Source of the DNA: a virus | Lineage: Duplodnaviria > Caudoviricetes | IMG/VR virus record: IMGVR_UViG_3300027892_002924 | Location: 1 to 58,038 of that record | Length of the DNA stretch: 58,038 nt | Direction: 5' to 3' (one strand) | Part shown: one piece after another, positions 44,222 to 54,395 of the stretch | Layout: every line of letters starts with the position of its first letter | Position numbering within the stretch: the stretch's first letter is position 1 | The notes under the pieces: generated by a model | What the model saw: only the letters and a program-made list of their open reading frames with translations | What the model was told of the DNA's origin: nothing | Database searches by the model: none | Program-made: the position numbers and the translations under genes

Positions 44222-45346
44222 TTATAAACTGAATCCTTTGAAAGTGTTAGAGTCAACGTCCTGCTTGGTACCGCCAACCACATAACTACTTATCTCAGTT
44301 TCCTGGGGTGCAACTTGAACTTCAGCACCTGCAATCCATTTAGCGGTCCATGGCAAAGGATTTGATCCTGTCTTGATGCCACACTTCAAACCAACCGCGG
44401 TCATACGCTTGCAAGTCAACCAATCAACATAGTCACACAACAACTGTTCGTTCAGGCCAATCATGCTTCCGTCCTTGAACAGATAGTGTGCCCATGCACG
44501 TTCTTGTGCGGCCGCACGTAGGAACATTTCTTCACATTCAGCTTTGGTTTCTTCCTTGATAGTCACATAGTCAGGATCATCTTGAGGCAAGAGTTTAAGC
44601 AAGGTCTGTGTTGATCCTAGATGTACATTTTCATCACGAGCAATCAATTTAATAATTTTAGCATTGCCTTCCATCTTCTTGAGTTCAGCAAATGCCCAGG
44701 AGCAGGCAAAGCTCACATAGAAGCGAATACCTTCAAGGGCGTTTACGGAGTTAAGACCTAGCCATAATTTCTTTTTAAGTTCGTAGAGGTCAACTGTGAT
44801 TTCTTTTCCGTTCACTGTGTGCTTTCCTACACCTAGCAAATTAAACCATTGCCCGGCTTCTATCAGTCTGTCGTAGTATCCCGAGATATCACCTGCGCAT
44901 TCGACAATTTCAGGGACATCCACGAGCTCATCAAATATTTTACTAGGGTCAGAATATACGTTGCGAATAATATGAGTATAACTACGGCTATGTATTGTTT
45001 CATTGAAGCTCCAAGTTTGAATCCATGTTTCCAGCTCAGGTAATGATACAATAGGAAGAAAAGCCAAATTGGGGCTGCGACCTTGCACAGAGTCCAGCAG
45101 TATCTGTCGCTTAAGGTTCGATGTGAAAATGTGTTGCTCATACGGTGTTAGGTCCTTAAAATCTTTAGCATCTCTCATTACATCAATTTCTTCTGGACGC
45201 CAGAAAAAACCTAGTTGTTTGTCAGTTAGTTTTTCAAATTGACGATACTTTAGTATGTCGAATCTTTGAATAGTTACTCCGCCACTGGAATCAAGAAAAG
45301 CCAGGCTGGCCAGATGATTTTTCTTCTTGGTATTAAAAACGCTCAT
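44222..45346 (-). CDS. nrdB: ribonucleotide reductase class Ia beta subunit
   Basis: FFWRPEE, LLDSVQGR, ETIHSRSY, LEGIRFYVSF, RDENVH, VAPQETE. Confidence 0.97.
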   Translation of the reverse strand: MSVFNTKKKNHLASLAFLDSSGGVTIQRFDILKYRQFEKLTDKQLGFFWRPEEIDVMRDAKDFKDLTPYEQHIFTSNLKRQILLDSVQGRSPNLAFLPIVSLPELETWIQTWSFNETIHSRSYTHIIRNVYSDPSKIFDELVDVPEIVECAGDISGYYDRLIEAGQWFNLLGVGKHTVNGKEITVDLYELKKKLWLGLNSVNALEGIRFYVSFACSWAFAELKKMEGNAKIIKLIARDENVHLGSTQTLLKLLPQDDPDYVTIKEETKAECEEMFLRAAAQERAWAHYLFKDGSMIGLNEQLLCDYVDWLTCKRMTAVGLKCGIKTGSNPLPWTAKWIAGAEVQVAPQETEISSYVVGGTKQDVDSNTFKGFSL

Positions 45347-45360
45347 TATTTTTCCTTGAT

Positions 45361-47664
45361 TTAGATTACACAACTTTCACAGTCAGCTTCGTTGATTGGA
45401 CTCAGCTCTTGTAAAGGTTCTTTTGCATTTAGTTTGTCGATGTCAATTTCACCTTGACCATCATAGGTATTAAAGTAGTAAAGTTGCTTGCCGCCGAACT
45501 TGTAGAATTGTAGTAGATGCTTGAGCATATCACTCATTGGAATTTTTTCATCTTGGTAGTACTGTGGATTGTAGGATGTGTTAACCGATATACCTTGATC
45601 AATATATTTTTGTAATACAGCACAGATATTCATGTAGCCCTCTGGACTACGCTGATGCCATAATAGTTCGTATTTGTTTTTCAACTTACGATACTCAGGC
45701 ACAACCTGTTTTAATTGACCATGCTTTGAACCTTTGATACTTACATAGCTTCGCGGTGGCTCAATACCGTTAGTGGCATTGCTGATCTGTGCTGATGTTT
45801 CTGCAGGCATCAGTGCCATTAGTGTAGCATTACGCTGACCAGTTCGTTGTACTTGTTCACGTAAACTTTGCCATGGCATGCGCTCGATGTGTGGAACTAA
45901 TTCATCTACATCAGTTTTACGTGTGTCAATAGGCAATATACCATCTGCGCTCTTGAGATCTTTCCATCTAGTACACGCACCTTGTTCTTGTGCGAGGTCT
46001 GCAGAAGCCTTGATCAAATAGTAACTCCAGGCTTCTGCATACTCGTCAACCAAGGGCAGGGCACGAGAGTCCGAATAACTTACATCATTCTTGGCCAACC
46101 AGTAGGCGAAGTTGATAATACCAACACCCAGTGGACGGAACTCTTCGGTAGCTAATTCAGCTGCCCGTATTGGATACTTCTGATATGTTAATAATGCATC
46201 TAACCCTCGAACTGCCAGAGTACACATTTTTTCAAAGTCATGTGGGCTTTTTACATTGCCCCAATTGATCGCTGATAAAGTACACAGGGCGATCCTACCA
46301 TCCTCGTCATTGACATCGTTCAACGGTACTGTAGGCAAATCGATCTCTGAGCAAAGATTACTCATACGTATCGGGGCACGATCTACTTTGAATGGACTGT
46401 GCGTGTTAGCATGGTCCACATTCTGCAGATAGATACGTCCGGTATCCTTGCGTTCCTGCATAAAGCGACTGAACAAGTCAGCTGCCTTAATCTTCTTTTT
46501 TCTCAACTTGGTATTACGTTCTGCTGTTTCATACAACTCTTTGAATCGATCTGCATCTGTAAAAAATGCATCGTACATTTCAGGTACATCTTTAGGCGAA
46601 AACAAGGTAATGTCTCCGCCTGTTAGCAATCGCTCATACATCACGCGATTAAACTGAACACCATAGTCCATGTGTCGCACACGGTTGTCTTCTGTGCCTT
46701 TGTTGTTTTTCAACACCAGAAGATCTTCGATTTCTAAATGCCATACTGGATAGTACAGGGTGGCTGCTCCGTTGCGCACACCACCTTGGCTACAACTACG
46801 TGTGGCTGCTTGAAACATTTTGTAGAACGGAACTACGCCTGTGTGATATGCATCGCCATTGCGAATAGGCGATCCTAGGGCACGTATTCTTCCTGCACCA
46901 ATCCCAATTCCTGCTTTCTGACTCACATACTTAACAATAGCACTTGTAGTAGCATTAATGCTATCAAGACTATCATCAGTCTCAATGAGAACGCAACTAG
47001 AGAACTGCTTCTGAGGAGTTCTGACCCCTGCCATAACAGGAGTAGGAAGGCTAATGTCATGAAGGCTAATTGCATCGTAATAGTCTTTTACCCACTGTAG
47101 TCGTGTGCTCGCAGGGTATGTCTGAAACAAGGTGGCTGCAATCAGCATGTATGCTACCTGAGGTGTTTCAAAGATTTCATTGGTAACACGATTCTGTACA
47201 AGATACTTACCCCGCCACTGTTCCATGGCAGCATAGGTGAAGTTTTCATCACGCTCATGATGAATATAACTGTTTAACTTTTCCCATTCATCTGTTGAAT
47301 AAGCGGCGAGAAGACCGTCATCATAAAATCCACTCTGCACATTTTTTTGTACCAGTCTCAGCAGGGGCCATGGTTCATAGTCATTATAGACTTGTTTACG
47401 CAAATGGTAACATATCAGCCTGCCGGCCACGTACTGGTAGTTGGGATTTTCTTCAGATATCAAATCAGCCGCACTTTTGATCAGTGTTTCTTGAATATCT
47501 GTTGTTTTGATTCCGTTGTAGAACTGTAAATGGCTTTTGATTTCAACTTCGCTTGCACTAACGCCTGTTATTCCTTGCGTTGCCCAGAACACTACCTTGT
47601 GTAATTTTTCTAGATCGAGAACTTCTCGATTGCCATCTCTCTTGGTGACTTGTATTTGACTCAT
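45361..47664 (-). CDS. nrdA: ribonucleotide reductase class Ia alpha subunit
   Basis: ATP cone VTKRDG, QFSSC, SNLCSEI, CTLSA, C-terminal CESC. Confidence 0.97.
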   Translation of the reverse strand: MSQIQVTKRDGNREVLDLEKLHKVVFWATQGITGVSASEVEIKSHLQFYNGIKTTDIQETLIKSAADLISEENPNYQYVAGRLICYHLRKQVYNDYEPWPLLRLVQKNVQSGFYDDGLLAAYSTDEWEKLNSYIHHERDENFTYAAMEQWRGKYLVQNRVTNEIFETPQVAYMLIAATLFQTYPASTRLQWVKDYYDAISLHDISLPTPVMAGVRTPQKQFSSCVLIETDDSLDSINATTSAIVKYVSQKAGIGIGAGRIRALGSPIRNGDAYHTGVVPFYKMFQAATRSCSQGGVRNGAATLYYPVWHLEIEDLLVLKNNKGTEDNRVRHMDYGVQFNRVMYERLLTGGDITLFSPKDVPEMYDAFFTDADRFKELYETAERNTKLRKKKIKAADLFSRFMQERKDTGRIYLQNVDHANTHSPFKVDRAPIRMSNLCSEIDLPTVPLNDVNDEDGRIALCTLSAINWGNVKSPHDFEKMCTLAVRGLDALLTYQKYPIRAAELATEEFRPLGVGIINFAYWLAKNDVSYSDSRALPLVDEYAEAWSYYLIKASADLAQEQGACTRWKDLKSADGILPIDTRKTDVDELVPHIERMPWQSLREQVQRTGQRNATLMALMPAETSAQISNATNGIEPPRSYVSIKGSKHGQLKQVVPEYRKLKNKYELLWHQRSPEGYMNICAVLQKYIDQGISVNTSYNPQYYQDEKIPMSDMLKHLLQFYKFGGKQLYYFNTYDGQGEIDIDKLNAKEPLQELSPINEADCESCVI

Positions 47665-47683
47665 TGATTCCCCTGATATTGAT

Positions 47684-48133
47684 TTAATAATTTTGTAGTT
47701 TCAGGTCTTGACTGGATAACTCTGTCAAGAGCTTTAATTCTTTTGGTATTTGTGTTCTATTTACGATCTCGTTGGCAATGAAATTAAGAACATATTTCCC
47801 CTGGTCAATCCAAGCTAAATTGTACTGTCCTTTTGTTATAGGATCTTGATACACCTTGATGGACATGCTTAATTGTTTTCCGTGCTTGCTTAACTGTAGA
47901 GTATACACTATTCCAAGTGCTTTTGCAAGATCACAGTAGTAGTTTTCGTATACCAGTTGCCAGGGATCTGGCCAATTTGTTTGATCACTGTGATCCAGAT
48001 AGTAGGGAGTGAATGGTGCACTCTGCCAGAAACTCACACACTCAGCCAATGCAAGCTCTAGCGGCAAGGTATCTAACCGTTTACGAAATTGTTTCCAACG
48101 ATCAAGCCGATCGTCGGGTTTGAGCTTCCACAT
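47684..48133 (-). CDS. conserved hypothetical protein
   Basis: W..FR..WPDPWQL..YC..ALG..YTL. Confidence 0.75.
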   Translation of the reverse strand: MWKLKPDDRLDRWKQFRKRLDTLPLELALAECVSFWQSAPFTPYYLDHSDQTNWPDPWQLVYENYYCDLAKALGIVYTLQLSKHGKQLSMSIKVYQDPITKGQYNLAWIDQGKYVLNFIANEIVNRTQIPKELKLLTELSSQDLKLQNY

Positions 48134-48150
48134 TTAGATAATTGATATGG

Positions 48151-49770
48151 TTATAGGAAATTTGTAATACTGTAGACTAATGTGCCTGATCCTGATGCAT
48201 CACTTGTATAGTTAACTTTAAATTTACCTGAGGATATATTTGTTACCGAAAATGTTACTCCGGTAGGGCCTGGATAGGTAAAGTTAGTTGCATTCGGAAA
48301 CTCAGTGTATTCATCAACATACTGAACTGTGGTATCGTTGTATATAACTTCAATGCTGCCATGACGATAGGCATACGCCGTGGGTCTTTTTAAGATGTAC
48401 TGAATAGTGGCTGCACCACAGATCCCTGTGTTAGCACTTAGTACAATCCCTGTGTTCGCACCAGTTACTGATCCACTTAGTGTCAATTGACGTCCTATAC
48501 CTCTGACCAACATGCCGGTTGTTAAACCAACATTAGCATCTAGGCTGGAGTTCAAGCTGGTCGAGGCGTGCCATACCCTAGGTCTAACATCTGCGTCGGC
48601 GTCGGTTCTTGCAAATGTGTCACCGATACTGTAATTTCCGCTGCCATTGAATGAAATAACTGGTGCCACTGTGGACCCGGCGGCTCCCCCAACGGTACCA
48701 AAATAATTTCCAATACTAATCACATTCATTTGTGCAGTGGCAGTGGCCGCTACTGCATAGATGGCACTACGAGTAATTCCTTCAAATGTACAACCAGACA
48801 CTTTGATGTTCCTGGTTTCTGCCGCGCTTAGTGTTGCATCAACATATACCGCAATACTCATTGTAGTAAAATCACAACCTAGTATTTTTACATTATTAGC
48901 ATTAAGCACTAGACCTTGAAGTATTCTATAGAATACGCAATCGATAAATTTTAGTCCATTGATATCTTTGGTGGCATCAGTTGGAGTCGCGTACACTGCG
49001 TTCTGTCCATTCACACCTGAACCTGATGGTGATGTAATAGTGCCTTTAAAATACACCCTGTTAAAAAGTATATTATCGCAAGAGTCTAGTGTAACAATGT
49101 TTCTACTAGACGATAAACTCTCAAGAGTAACATCTTGTATAGTAACATTTTTAACAGTGGTAGCACCAAGAGTACCGTAGGCAGCATCAATTTGAGATGA
49201 GCTGTCTTTGAGTTGTACAACTACCGCACCCGAAGAAGTTTGCTGTATAATAGTTCGATCGATGCCTGCTCCTAGTATATTAACATAAGCAGGCAATTTA
49301 ATACTGGCACTAATAAGATATGTTCCAGCTGGAAAATTGATCACGCGGCGAAGTCTAGATTGATTTAACGCAAAACCACCAAACAATATCTGATCAACTG
49401 CACGTTGTATAGCCGCTGTGTCATCTGCAATGCCGTTGCCTATTGCGCCAAAATCTTTGACGTTTACACTATCATCTAGTTTTTGTTGTAGAGTTCGTGT
49501 GGTTGGTGATAATGATGTAGCGCCAGTCTGCGAAGTATAGCCAGACAGTGAACCTTTAAAAATGTACTGGTCACCAATGTTAAGCAAGTCTGAGTATTGC
49601 GTTAAAACTTCTGTAACGCCTTCGGTCGGAGCACCTTCGGTAATTGTGCCATTTCCGATATACAGTTGACGTGTATCTAAACTCCAACCCAGCTCAGCTG
49701 ATGCCAGAGCAGGTAAATCCTGTTGCAGCCCTTTGCGGTGCGTAATTCTTGATATCTGTACAATTGCCAT
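48151..49770 (-). CDS. tail fibre/spike with pectate-lyase-like beta-helix
   Basis: N-terminal LASAELGWSLDTRQLYIGNG; VNVKDFGAIGNGIADDTAAIQRA..FPAGTY. Confidence 0.85.
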   Translation of the reverse strand: MAIVQISRITHRKGLQQDLPALASAELGWSLDTRQLYIGNGTITEGAPTEGVTEVLTQYSDLLNIGDQYIFKGSLSGYTSQTGATSLSPTTRTLQQKLDDSVNVKDFGAIGNGIADDTAAIQRAVDQILFGGFALNQSRLRRVINFPAGTYLISASIKLPAYVNILGAGIDRTIIQQTSSGAVVVQLKDSSSQIDAAYGTLGATTVKNVTIQDVTLESLSSSRNIVTLDSCDNILFNRVYFKGTITSPSGSGVNGQNAVYATPTDATKDINGLKFIDCVFYRILQGLVLNANNVKILGCDFTTMSIAVYVDATLSAAETRNIKVSGCTFEGITRSAIYAVAATATAQMNVISIGNYFGTVGGAAGSTVAPVISFNGSGNYSIGDTFARTDADADVRPRVWHASTSLNSSLDANVGLTTGMLVRGIGRQLTLSGSVTGANTGIVLSANTGICGAATIQYILKRPTAYAYRHGSIEVIYNDTTVQYVDEYTEFPNATNFTYPGPTGVTFSVTNISSGKFKVNYTSDASGSGTLVYSITNFL

Positions 49771-49799
49771 TTTGCTAAAAACCCCGGTATATGGAGTAT

Positions 49800-50510
49800 T
49801 TAGCTCATTAGATAATATAGCTCAACTCGCTTGAACCACTCTTGTCTCCAGTGTTCAAATTCGTCACCTTCGATGGTGAATTCCATGTATTCTGGGGTGC
49901 TATAGGTGCCATCTTCCTGCAATTTAGGCTGCACAGCCATTAGAATTACACCGTCACTTATATTGGTACCATGTGTGTCATTATGTGCTTCTGCATAGGC
50001 AGCAAGCTGGATAAAATAATCTCCAACGTACTCACGCTTTTTGGGCTTGTTGCTCTGCTTGAAATCCAGGATAGCAGGCCGGCCTTTCCACACTCCTACA
50101 CAGTCTGTGGTACCTGCGTATAGCCCACTGTAGTATACTGGTACTTCTGACCCCCAATATTCGTCTACATGGCACAGTCCTTTGAGGATAACTTCTGCGG
50201 CCATGAACCATGAAGGGTGTGCAAAAGGATTAGAAGGCAACGGTTTCAGATCATCACCAAGGATATATGATTCTAGATAGCTGTGCATACGAGTACCGCG
50301 ATTGGCGGCCTCAGTTACGATCTGCTGTGCCTGTTGTTCACCCACACGTTTTTTCCAATTAGCAAGAGCCGCCTTGCTTTCTTCGCTTTTGGTACGATCT
50401 AGGATTGTGGTTACGCTAGGTACTTTATCGCCATTGGGCAATGCATAATGGCGCTTGCCCTCAACTGTGGTCCGACTCAGTGGTTTGTAATCGTATTTTT
50501 GAATTATCAT
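49800..50510 (-). CDS. PD-(D/E)XK exonuclease
   Basis: PSVTTIL, RGTRMH, YAGTTD, ILDFKQS, QLAAY. Confidence 0.88.
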   Translation of the reverse strand: MIIQKYDYKPLSRTTVEGKRHYALPNGDKVPSVTTILDRTKSEESKAALANWKKRVGEQQAQQIVTEAANRGTRMHSYLESYILGDDLKPLPSNPFAHPSWFMAAEVILKGLCHVDEYWGSEVPVYYSGLYAGTTDCVGVWKGRPAILDFKQSNKPKKREYVGDYFIQLAAYAEAHNDTHGTNISDGVILMAVQPKLQEDGTYSTPEYMEFTIEGDEFEHWRQEWFKRVELYYLMS

Positions 50511-50835
50511 TTAGTCGAAAACTTTCTCCACATCCGCAATAATCCTTGGCCTGTGGGTTGTTAAAGTCGAACCCTTCATTGAGTCCTTGTTTTTTATAGT
50601 CTATCTCTAGCCCGTCTAGATATATGCTATCTTTGCCATTGACCCAAACCCTGGCGCCATGGCTTTCATATTTGAACCAATCACGTGTGATTGGTGCAGT
50701 GTCAATGTATTCTAACACATATGCCAGTCCTGAGCAACCTGTTGTTTTGACCCCAACACGAATGCCAATACCGTTCCCACGACGTTCTATATGTTGTAGA
50801 ATCTTACGTGCCGCAAGCTCGGTAAGTGTGATCAT
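50461..50835 (-). CDS. iscA: Fe-S cluster assembly A-type carrier
   Basis: TGCSGLAY, F.F.NP, CGCGESF. Confidence 0.92.
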   Translation of the reverse strand: MITLTELAARKILQHIERRGNGIGIRVGVKTTGCSGLAYVLEYIDTAPITRDWFKYESHGARVWVNGKDSIYLDGLEIDYKKQGLNEGFDFNNPQAKDYCGCGESFRLNDNSKIRLQTTESDHS

Positions 50836-50836
50836 T

Positions 50837-51364
50837 TTACAACCACAACCAAATACCCTGGCTCAGCAGTATCACACCTATTACGGCCACTACTTCGCTG
50901 ATCTTGTACATCTTGTTGTTGACTGCCAGGATGCTTGCACTCAGTAACACAATCGCCAACTGGAATGTCATGCTGGCAAATGTCAGCCACGGAGTATGCC
51001 TGCTTGCATCATCACGTGCGGCTTCGAATGCCTGTGCTTTTGCCAACAGTTCTTTCTTGCCTTCTTGCTTTGCAGGGTCAGACTCGTAACGTGCAATCTT
51101 GGCTTCAAGTTCTGCTCGGCGTCGTGGGTTTTGAGTTTGTTCCAGTTGTCCTTCGGCAATGCTTTGCTTGATACTCTTGCTTTGATAGAAAGCATAGGTG
51201 TCTGTGGCCTTGAGCATGTTCTTTAACACCGCACCTGAATGCATGCTTGAGAAGTATGTAGTAACAGCCAGGAACAGAGCCATGATAACAATTACCAGTC
51301 CTGCTTTGTCTTTGATTGCTGCCTCACGTTCTGAGCGTGATAGGGGTTTAATTTCTGTTGCCAA
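50837..51364 (-). CDS. DUF4337-like membrane protein
   Basis: A.D.YAFYQSKSIKQ; FQLAIVLLSAS. Confidence 0.7.
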   Translation of the reverse strand: MATEIKPLSRSEREAAIKDKAGLVIVIMALFLAVTTYFSSMHSGAVLKNMLKATDTYAFYQSKSIKQSIAEGQLEQTQNPRRRAELEAKIARYESDPAKQEGKKELLAKAQAFEAARDDASRHTPWLTFASMTFQLAIVLLSASILAVNNKMYKISEVVAVIGVILLSQGIWLWL

Positions 51365-51740
51365 TTGATTTCTCCTTATAATCTTTTATTGCTGCCTTGA
51401 TTGCATCTTCAGCGAGTATTGAGCAATGTATCTTTACTGGCGGTAAGGCTAACTCTTCGGCGATGTCGGAGTTTTTGATTGCTCCGGCTTCGTCGAGTGT
51501 TTTTCCTTTGACCCACTCCGTAATGAGGCTCGAACTCGCGATAGCCGATCCGCAGCCATACGTTTTAAATTTTGCATCTGTAATAATACCGGTATCATGG
51601 TCCACCTTTATCTGTAGTTTCATGACATCGCCGCAGGCAGGTGCGCCTACCATGCCGGTGCCAACTGAGTCGTCAATTTCTAGCTTGCCCACATTGCGTG
51701 GGTTTTCATAATGATCAATTACCTTGTCTGAGTATGCCAT
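51348..51740 (-). CDS. iscU: Fe-S cluster scaffold
   Basis: MAYSDKVIDHYENPRNVG, APACGDVM, YGCGSAIAS, LPPVKIHCS. Confidence 0.97.
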   Translation of the reverse strand: MAYSDKVIDHYENPRNVGKLEIDDSVGTGMVGAPACGDVMKLQIKVDHDTGIITDAKFKTYGCGSAIASSSLITEWVKGKTLDEAGAIKNSDIAEELALPPVKIHCSILAEDAIKAAIKDYKEKSIGNRN

Positions 51741-51741
51741 G

Positions 51742-52203
51742 TTATTGTACGTTCGAGGTATCGTAGGTCTTGGCAAAGATATCTGTTTTGACAGCACCGT
51801 AGTCGCCCGAGCCATGCTTGACAATATAGTCATTGCCTGTGGTGTAGTTTAGATCACCCCAGCTGGTATGCAGTACACCATCATGGTCAGCAAGTTTAGC
51901 TACCTTCATGATTTTCTTAGGGGTGCATTCACCATCACCTAGGTCGTCTTTGTATTCACGGAACTTTTCTGGTGTGATAGGATACTGCTCACCTTTGGGG
52001 CCAGTCATGATATAATGACCTGTGTCATACCTGACAGGACCTTCTAGTGTTTCCACAGTGCCAGGTTCTTGTGCTATTTCATATTTTTCAACCGCAGGTT
52101 TTTTGAATGTTGGAAATGAACCTTTTTCGAACCAAGTGTCATTGACCACAGCGTCAGCTTCAGTAATCATATCTGCGTACTTTCTAAAAAATGTTGCGTC
52201 CAT
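51742..52203 (-). CDS. PGDYG-like domain protein
   Basis: Two repeats: TLEG..GHYIMTGPKGEQYP and TSWG..DYIV..GDYGAV..DIFAKTY; leader ends MITE. Confidence 0.7.
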   Translation of the reverse strand: MDATFFRKYADMITEADAVVNDTWFEKGSFPTFKKPAVEKYEIAQEPGTVETLEGPVRYDTGHYIMTGPKGEQYPITPEKFREYKDDLGDGECTPKKIMKVAKLADHDGVLHTSWGDLNYTTGNDYIVKHGSGDYGAVKTDIFAKTYDTSNVQ

Positions 52204-52256
52204 TGAAAAATTATCCTTACACAAGTATAAGGTATTTATCTAAAAATGTCTATGGG

Positions 52257-52637
52257 TTAGGAGCGATTGGCCATGGCTGATTTAGCCATTGCTTTGACCG
52301 TTTTTTCTGGATCTGGAGTCGTTGCTTGATCTTTGCTGGCTTGATCTTGGTCAACAGCACTTGAGTCCGATTCGTCACCAAATCCTTTTAGGGTGACTTT
52401 TTCCCGATCAAGATTCTTGATCAGTTCGCCAATTGCAGGATTGTTTTCTTGTGCAGCCACAAGATTGTCAAATGTGAAATATTCGCTACCACCCTGATTC
52501 TTGACCATGTTGATCAAGCTCTGTGTACCAATGATTGGAGTTAATTTTTTGTTGTGGGCTCGGCTACGAAGAAATTGTAGAATGGTAACCAAATTGGCAT
52601 CACCGGCCGGACTACCACTTACTTCATCAATGCGCAT
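52257..52637 (-). CDS. hypothetical protein, probably head-associated
   Basis: MRIDEV leader. Confidence 0.7.
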   Translation of the reverse strand: MRIDEVSGSPAGDANLVTILQFLRSRAHNKKLTPIIGTQSLINMVKNQGGSEYFTFDNLVAAQENNPAIGELIKNLDREKVTLKGFGDESDSSAVDQDQASKDQATTPDPEKTVKAMAKSAMANRS

Positions 52638-52639
52638 GA

Positions 52640-53332
52640 TTAACGCTTTTCTCTGCCCAGGTCTACTTCGCCGCCTGCGGCAGCATCTGTTGCGGCAAAT
52701 TCGTCGCCCATGTCCATTTCGCTTTCAGGGCCCATACCAGGAGCAGCGCCAGGCATTGGAGCACCCATATCGCCACCGGCATCCATACCACCCATGCCCA
52801 TGTCTGGTGAACCTTCACCAGCTAGATTACGTGCGGCATTGTCTGTTTGTTCACGGGCGCCTGTTAGTTGTTGTAGGATGTTGCTTAGAACACTGCCAAC
52901 TGCACCTTTAAATGCGTCTGCTTGTTCGCTACCAATTTGATCGCGGATAGTATCAATAAGTGCAGGCATCTGTTCGTTCTGCATCTTGCTAACATCTTCA
53001 ATCATGTCCTGAATACTATCTACCATGTCCTTGGCGGCCAGGATAGCTTCTGACTTCCCCATTTCACTTTCGTTCAACTGGCGATTCTCGCTAATCCAAC
53101 GATTCAATCCTTCACGCACCATTAGCAGTTCCATGTACTTTGGATTCTTCTCTGCGGTGTGTACACCATAGTTGCGGCGCAGTTGGTTCAGGTTTTCACC
53201 TAGTGCGCGGCTCAGATGTTGTGCTTTGCCAACAGTGAGTTTGCTATAATCAATACCAAACCCAAAGCGGGTTTCATTTATTCTGTTAATGCGCTTTGCT
53301 GTTGCTCTGCTGCCAATTTCTTGTAGTCTCAT
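52640..53332 (-). CDS. putative prohead core/scaffold-like protein
   Basis: MRLQEI leader, internal LNE site, helical core, Gly/Met/acidic tail. Confidence 0.5.
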   Translation of the reverse strand: MRLQEIGSRATAKRINRINETRFGFGIDYSKLTVGKAQHLSRALGENLNQLRRNYGVHTAEKNPKYMELLMVREGLNRWISENRQLNESEMGKSEAILAAKDMVDSIQDMIEDVSKMQNEQMPALIDTIRDQIGSEQADAFKGAVGSVLSNILQQLTGAREQTDNAARNLAGEGSPDMGMGGMDAGGDMGAPMPGAAPGMGPESEMDMGDEFAATDAAAGGEVDLGREKR

Positions 53333-53877
53333 GGTTGTTTATCCCAAATCTTAATGTATTTAGCCGAATTGATCAATTTATCTAGATATTCCTGAGCTGC
53401 CGTTAGCTTAGGGCCAACATCGCTCAGTCTAGCATCATATAGATCTTGTGCAAACCCATTATGGGAAGCACTGGCACTTTTATACTTATGCCTGTACAGT
53501 TGATAGTCATGATCTAGTTTGCGCACAGCTTGATCCTGCGCACGAAGTTCCATGGACCTGTTGAAGAGCTTTTTATACTCTAGGAGGCAATACATCACTG
53601 CTGATATTTTGCTTGAGAACAGTATTTTTTTGTCGTTGTTGTTGTTATCAACTGCCCAGGCACCGCTGTCGGGATACACGTTATACTGATTGATCCGGTA
53701 TCCATTGCTGCTGGGTAGCGGCAGCATGATTAGTTCGCCGCGGTTTACCAGCGTTTGTATCTGCTGTTTAGACCACCAGCTCAAATAGGTAGCCATAACT
53801 TCTTCGGCTACCTGTTGCTCGGCTAATTTGTAGGCTTTTTGTTTACGCCGTTTTTTTGTGGTATGTGATTCGACCAT
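53329..53877 (-). CDS. hypothetical protein
   Basis: 182-aa coupled ORF. Confidence 0.7.
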   Translation of the reverse strand: MVESHTTKKRRKQKAYKLAEQQVAEEVMATYLSWWSKQQIQTLVNRGELIMLPLPSSNGYRINQYNVYPDSGAWAVDNNNNDKKILFSSKISAVMYCLLEYKKLFNRSMELRAQDQAVRKLDHDYQLYRHKYKSASASHNGFAQDLYDARLSDVGPKLTAAQEYLDKLINSAKYIKIWDKQP

Positions 53878-54052
53878 TTTGATTTTGACGATATAGTACG
53901 TCTTTGTTGACTAGGCTGTTGGCCAATTGGATCTGTCGTTCATTTAGATCCTGCCGATGAACTTCAGCGTTCTCCCGGAATAGTGCTAACACATCCGATT
54001 CCTCGTTTGTGATAGGAATACGTATATTGTTAACTAATTCAATTATTTTCAT
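53843..54052 (-). CDS. hypothetical protein (winged-helix-like)
   Basis: ITNEE..LNERQ..LANSLVNKDVL.R. Confidence 0.7.
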   Translation of the reverse strand: MKIIELVNNIRIPITNEESDVLALFRENAEVHRQDLNERQIQLANSLVNKDVLYRQNQNGRITYHKKTA

Positions 54053-54306
54053 TTATTAATTAGATGCACAGTTAATGTTATCAATCCAGCAATCAGCACA
54101 GATATAATAGCAGTTCCTATTGCTATTATTTGCTTGCTCTGTTTATCGCCAGAGCCAGCCAGAGATTCCCGAATAGCAATAATGTGCTCTTCTAGTTTTT
54201 CTACTTTACGCTCAACTGCGTCAAGTTTGTTATCCAATTTTTCATACCTTTCTGCACACAGTTCGACGTGGGCTTCAAGGCTCTGTTTTTCAATATTCGT
54301 GGACAT
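54049..54306 (-). CDS. coiled-coil protein with C-terminal TM
   Basis: Start MSTNIEK; LEAHVELCAERY; TM tail. Confidence 0.7.
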   Translation of the reverse strand: MSTNIEKQSLEAHVELCAERYEKLDNKLDAVERKVEKLEEHIIAIRESLAGSGDKQSKQIIAIGTAIISVLIAGLITLTVHLINK

Positions 54307-54395
54307 AATGTCGCTTTCTAAATTTGCGAGATGCGGTTTAATATGCCATAAAAGTGAGCCATGATTTGAGCCAATGATTGCCAGAGCATCGTCTA

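Noticed and set aside
44222-47664. Introns or inteins in nrdA and nrdB
   Set aside because: Both ORFs are continuous and of normal length
49800-50510. Cas4 or CRISPR-associated nuclease
   Set aside because: PD-(D/E)XK motifs only; no four-Cys Fe-S pattern, no cas neighbours or array
16189-51740. Bacterial chromosome origin, given clpP, clpX, rpsU, iscU and nrdAB
   Set aside because: Genes are out of bacterial operon context and interleaved with PAAR, tail fibre, TAAATA motifs and many phage-type hypotheticals
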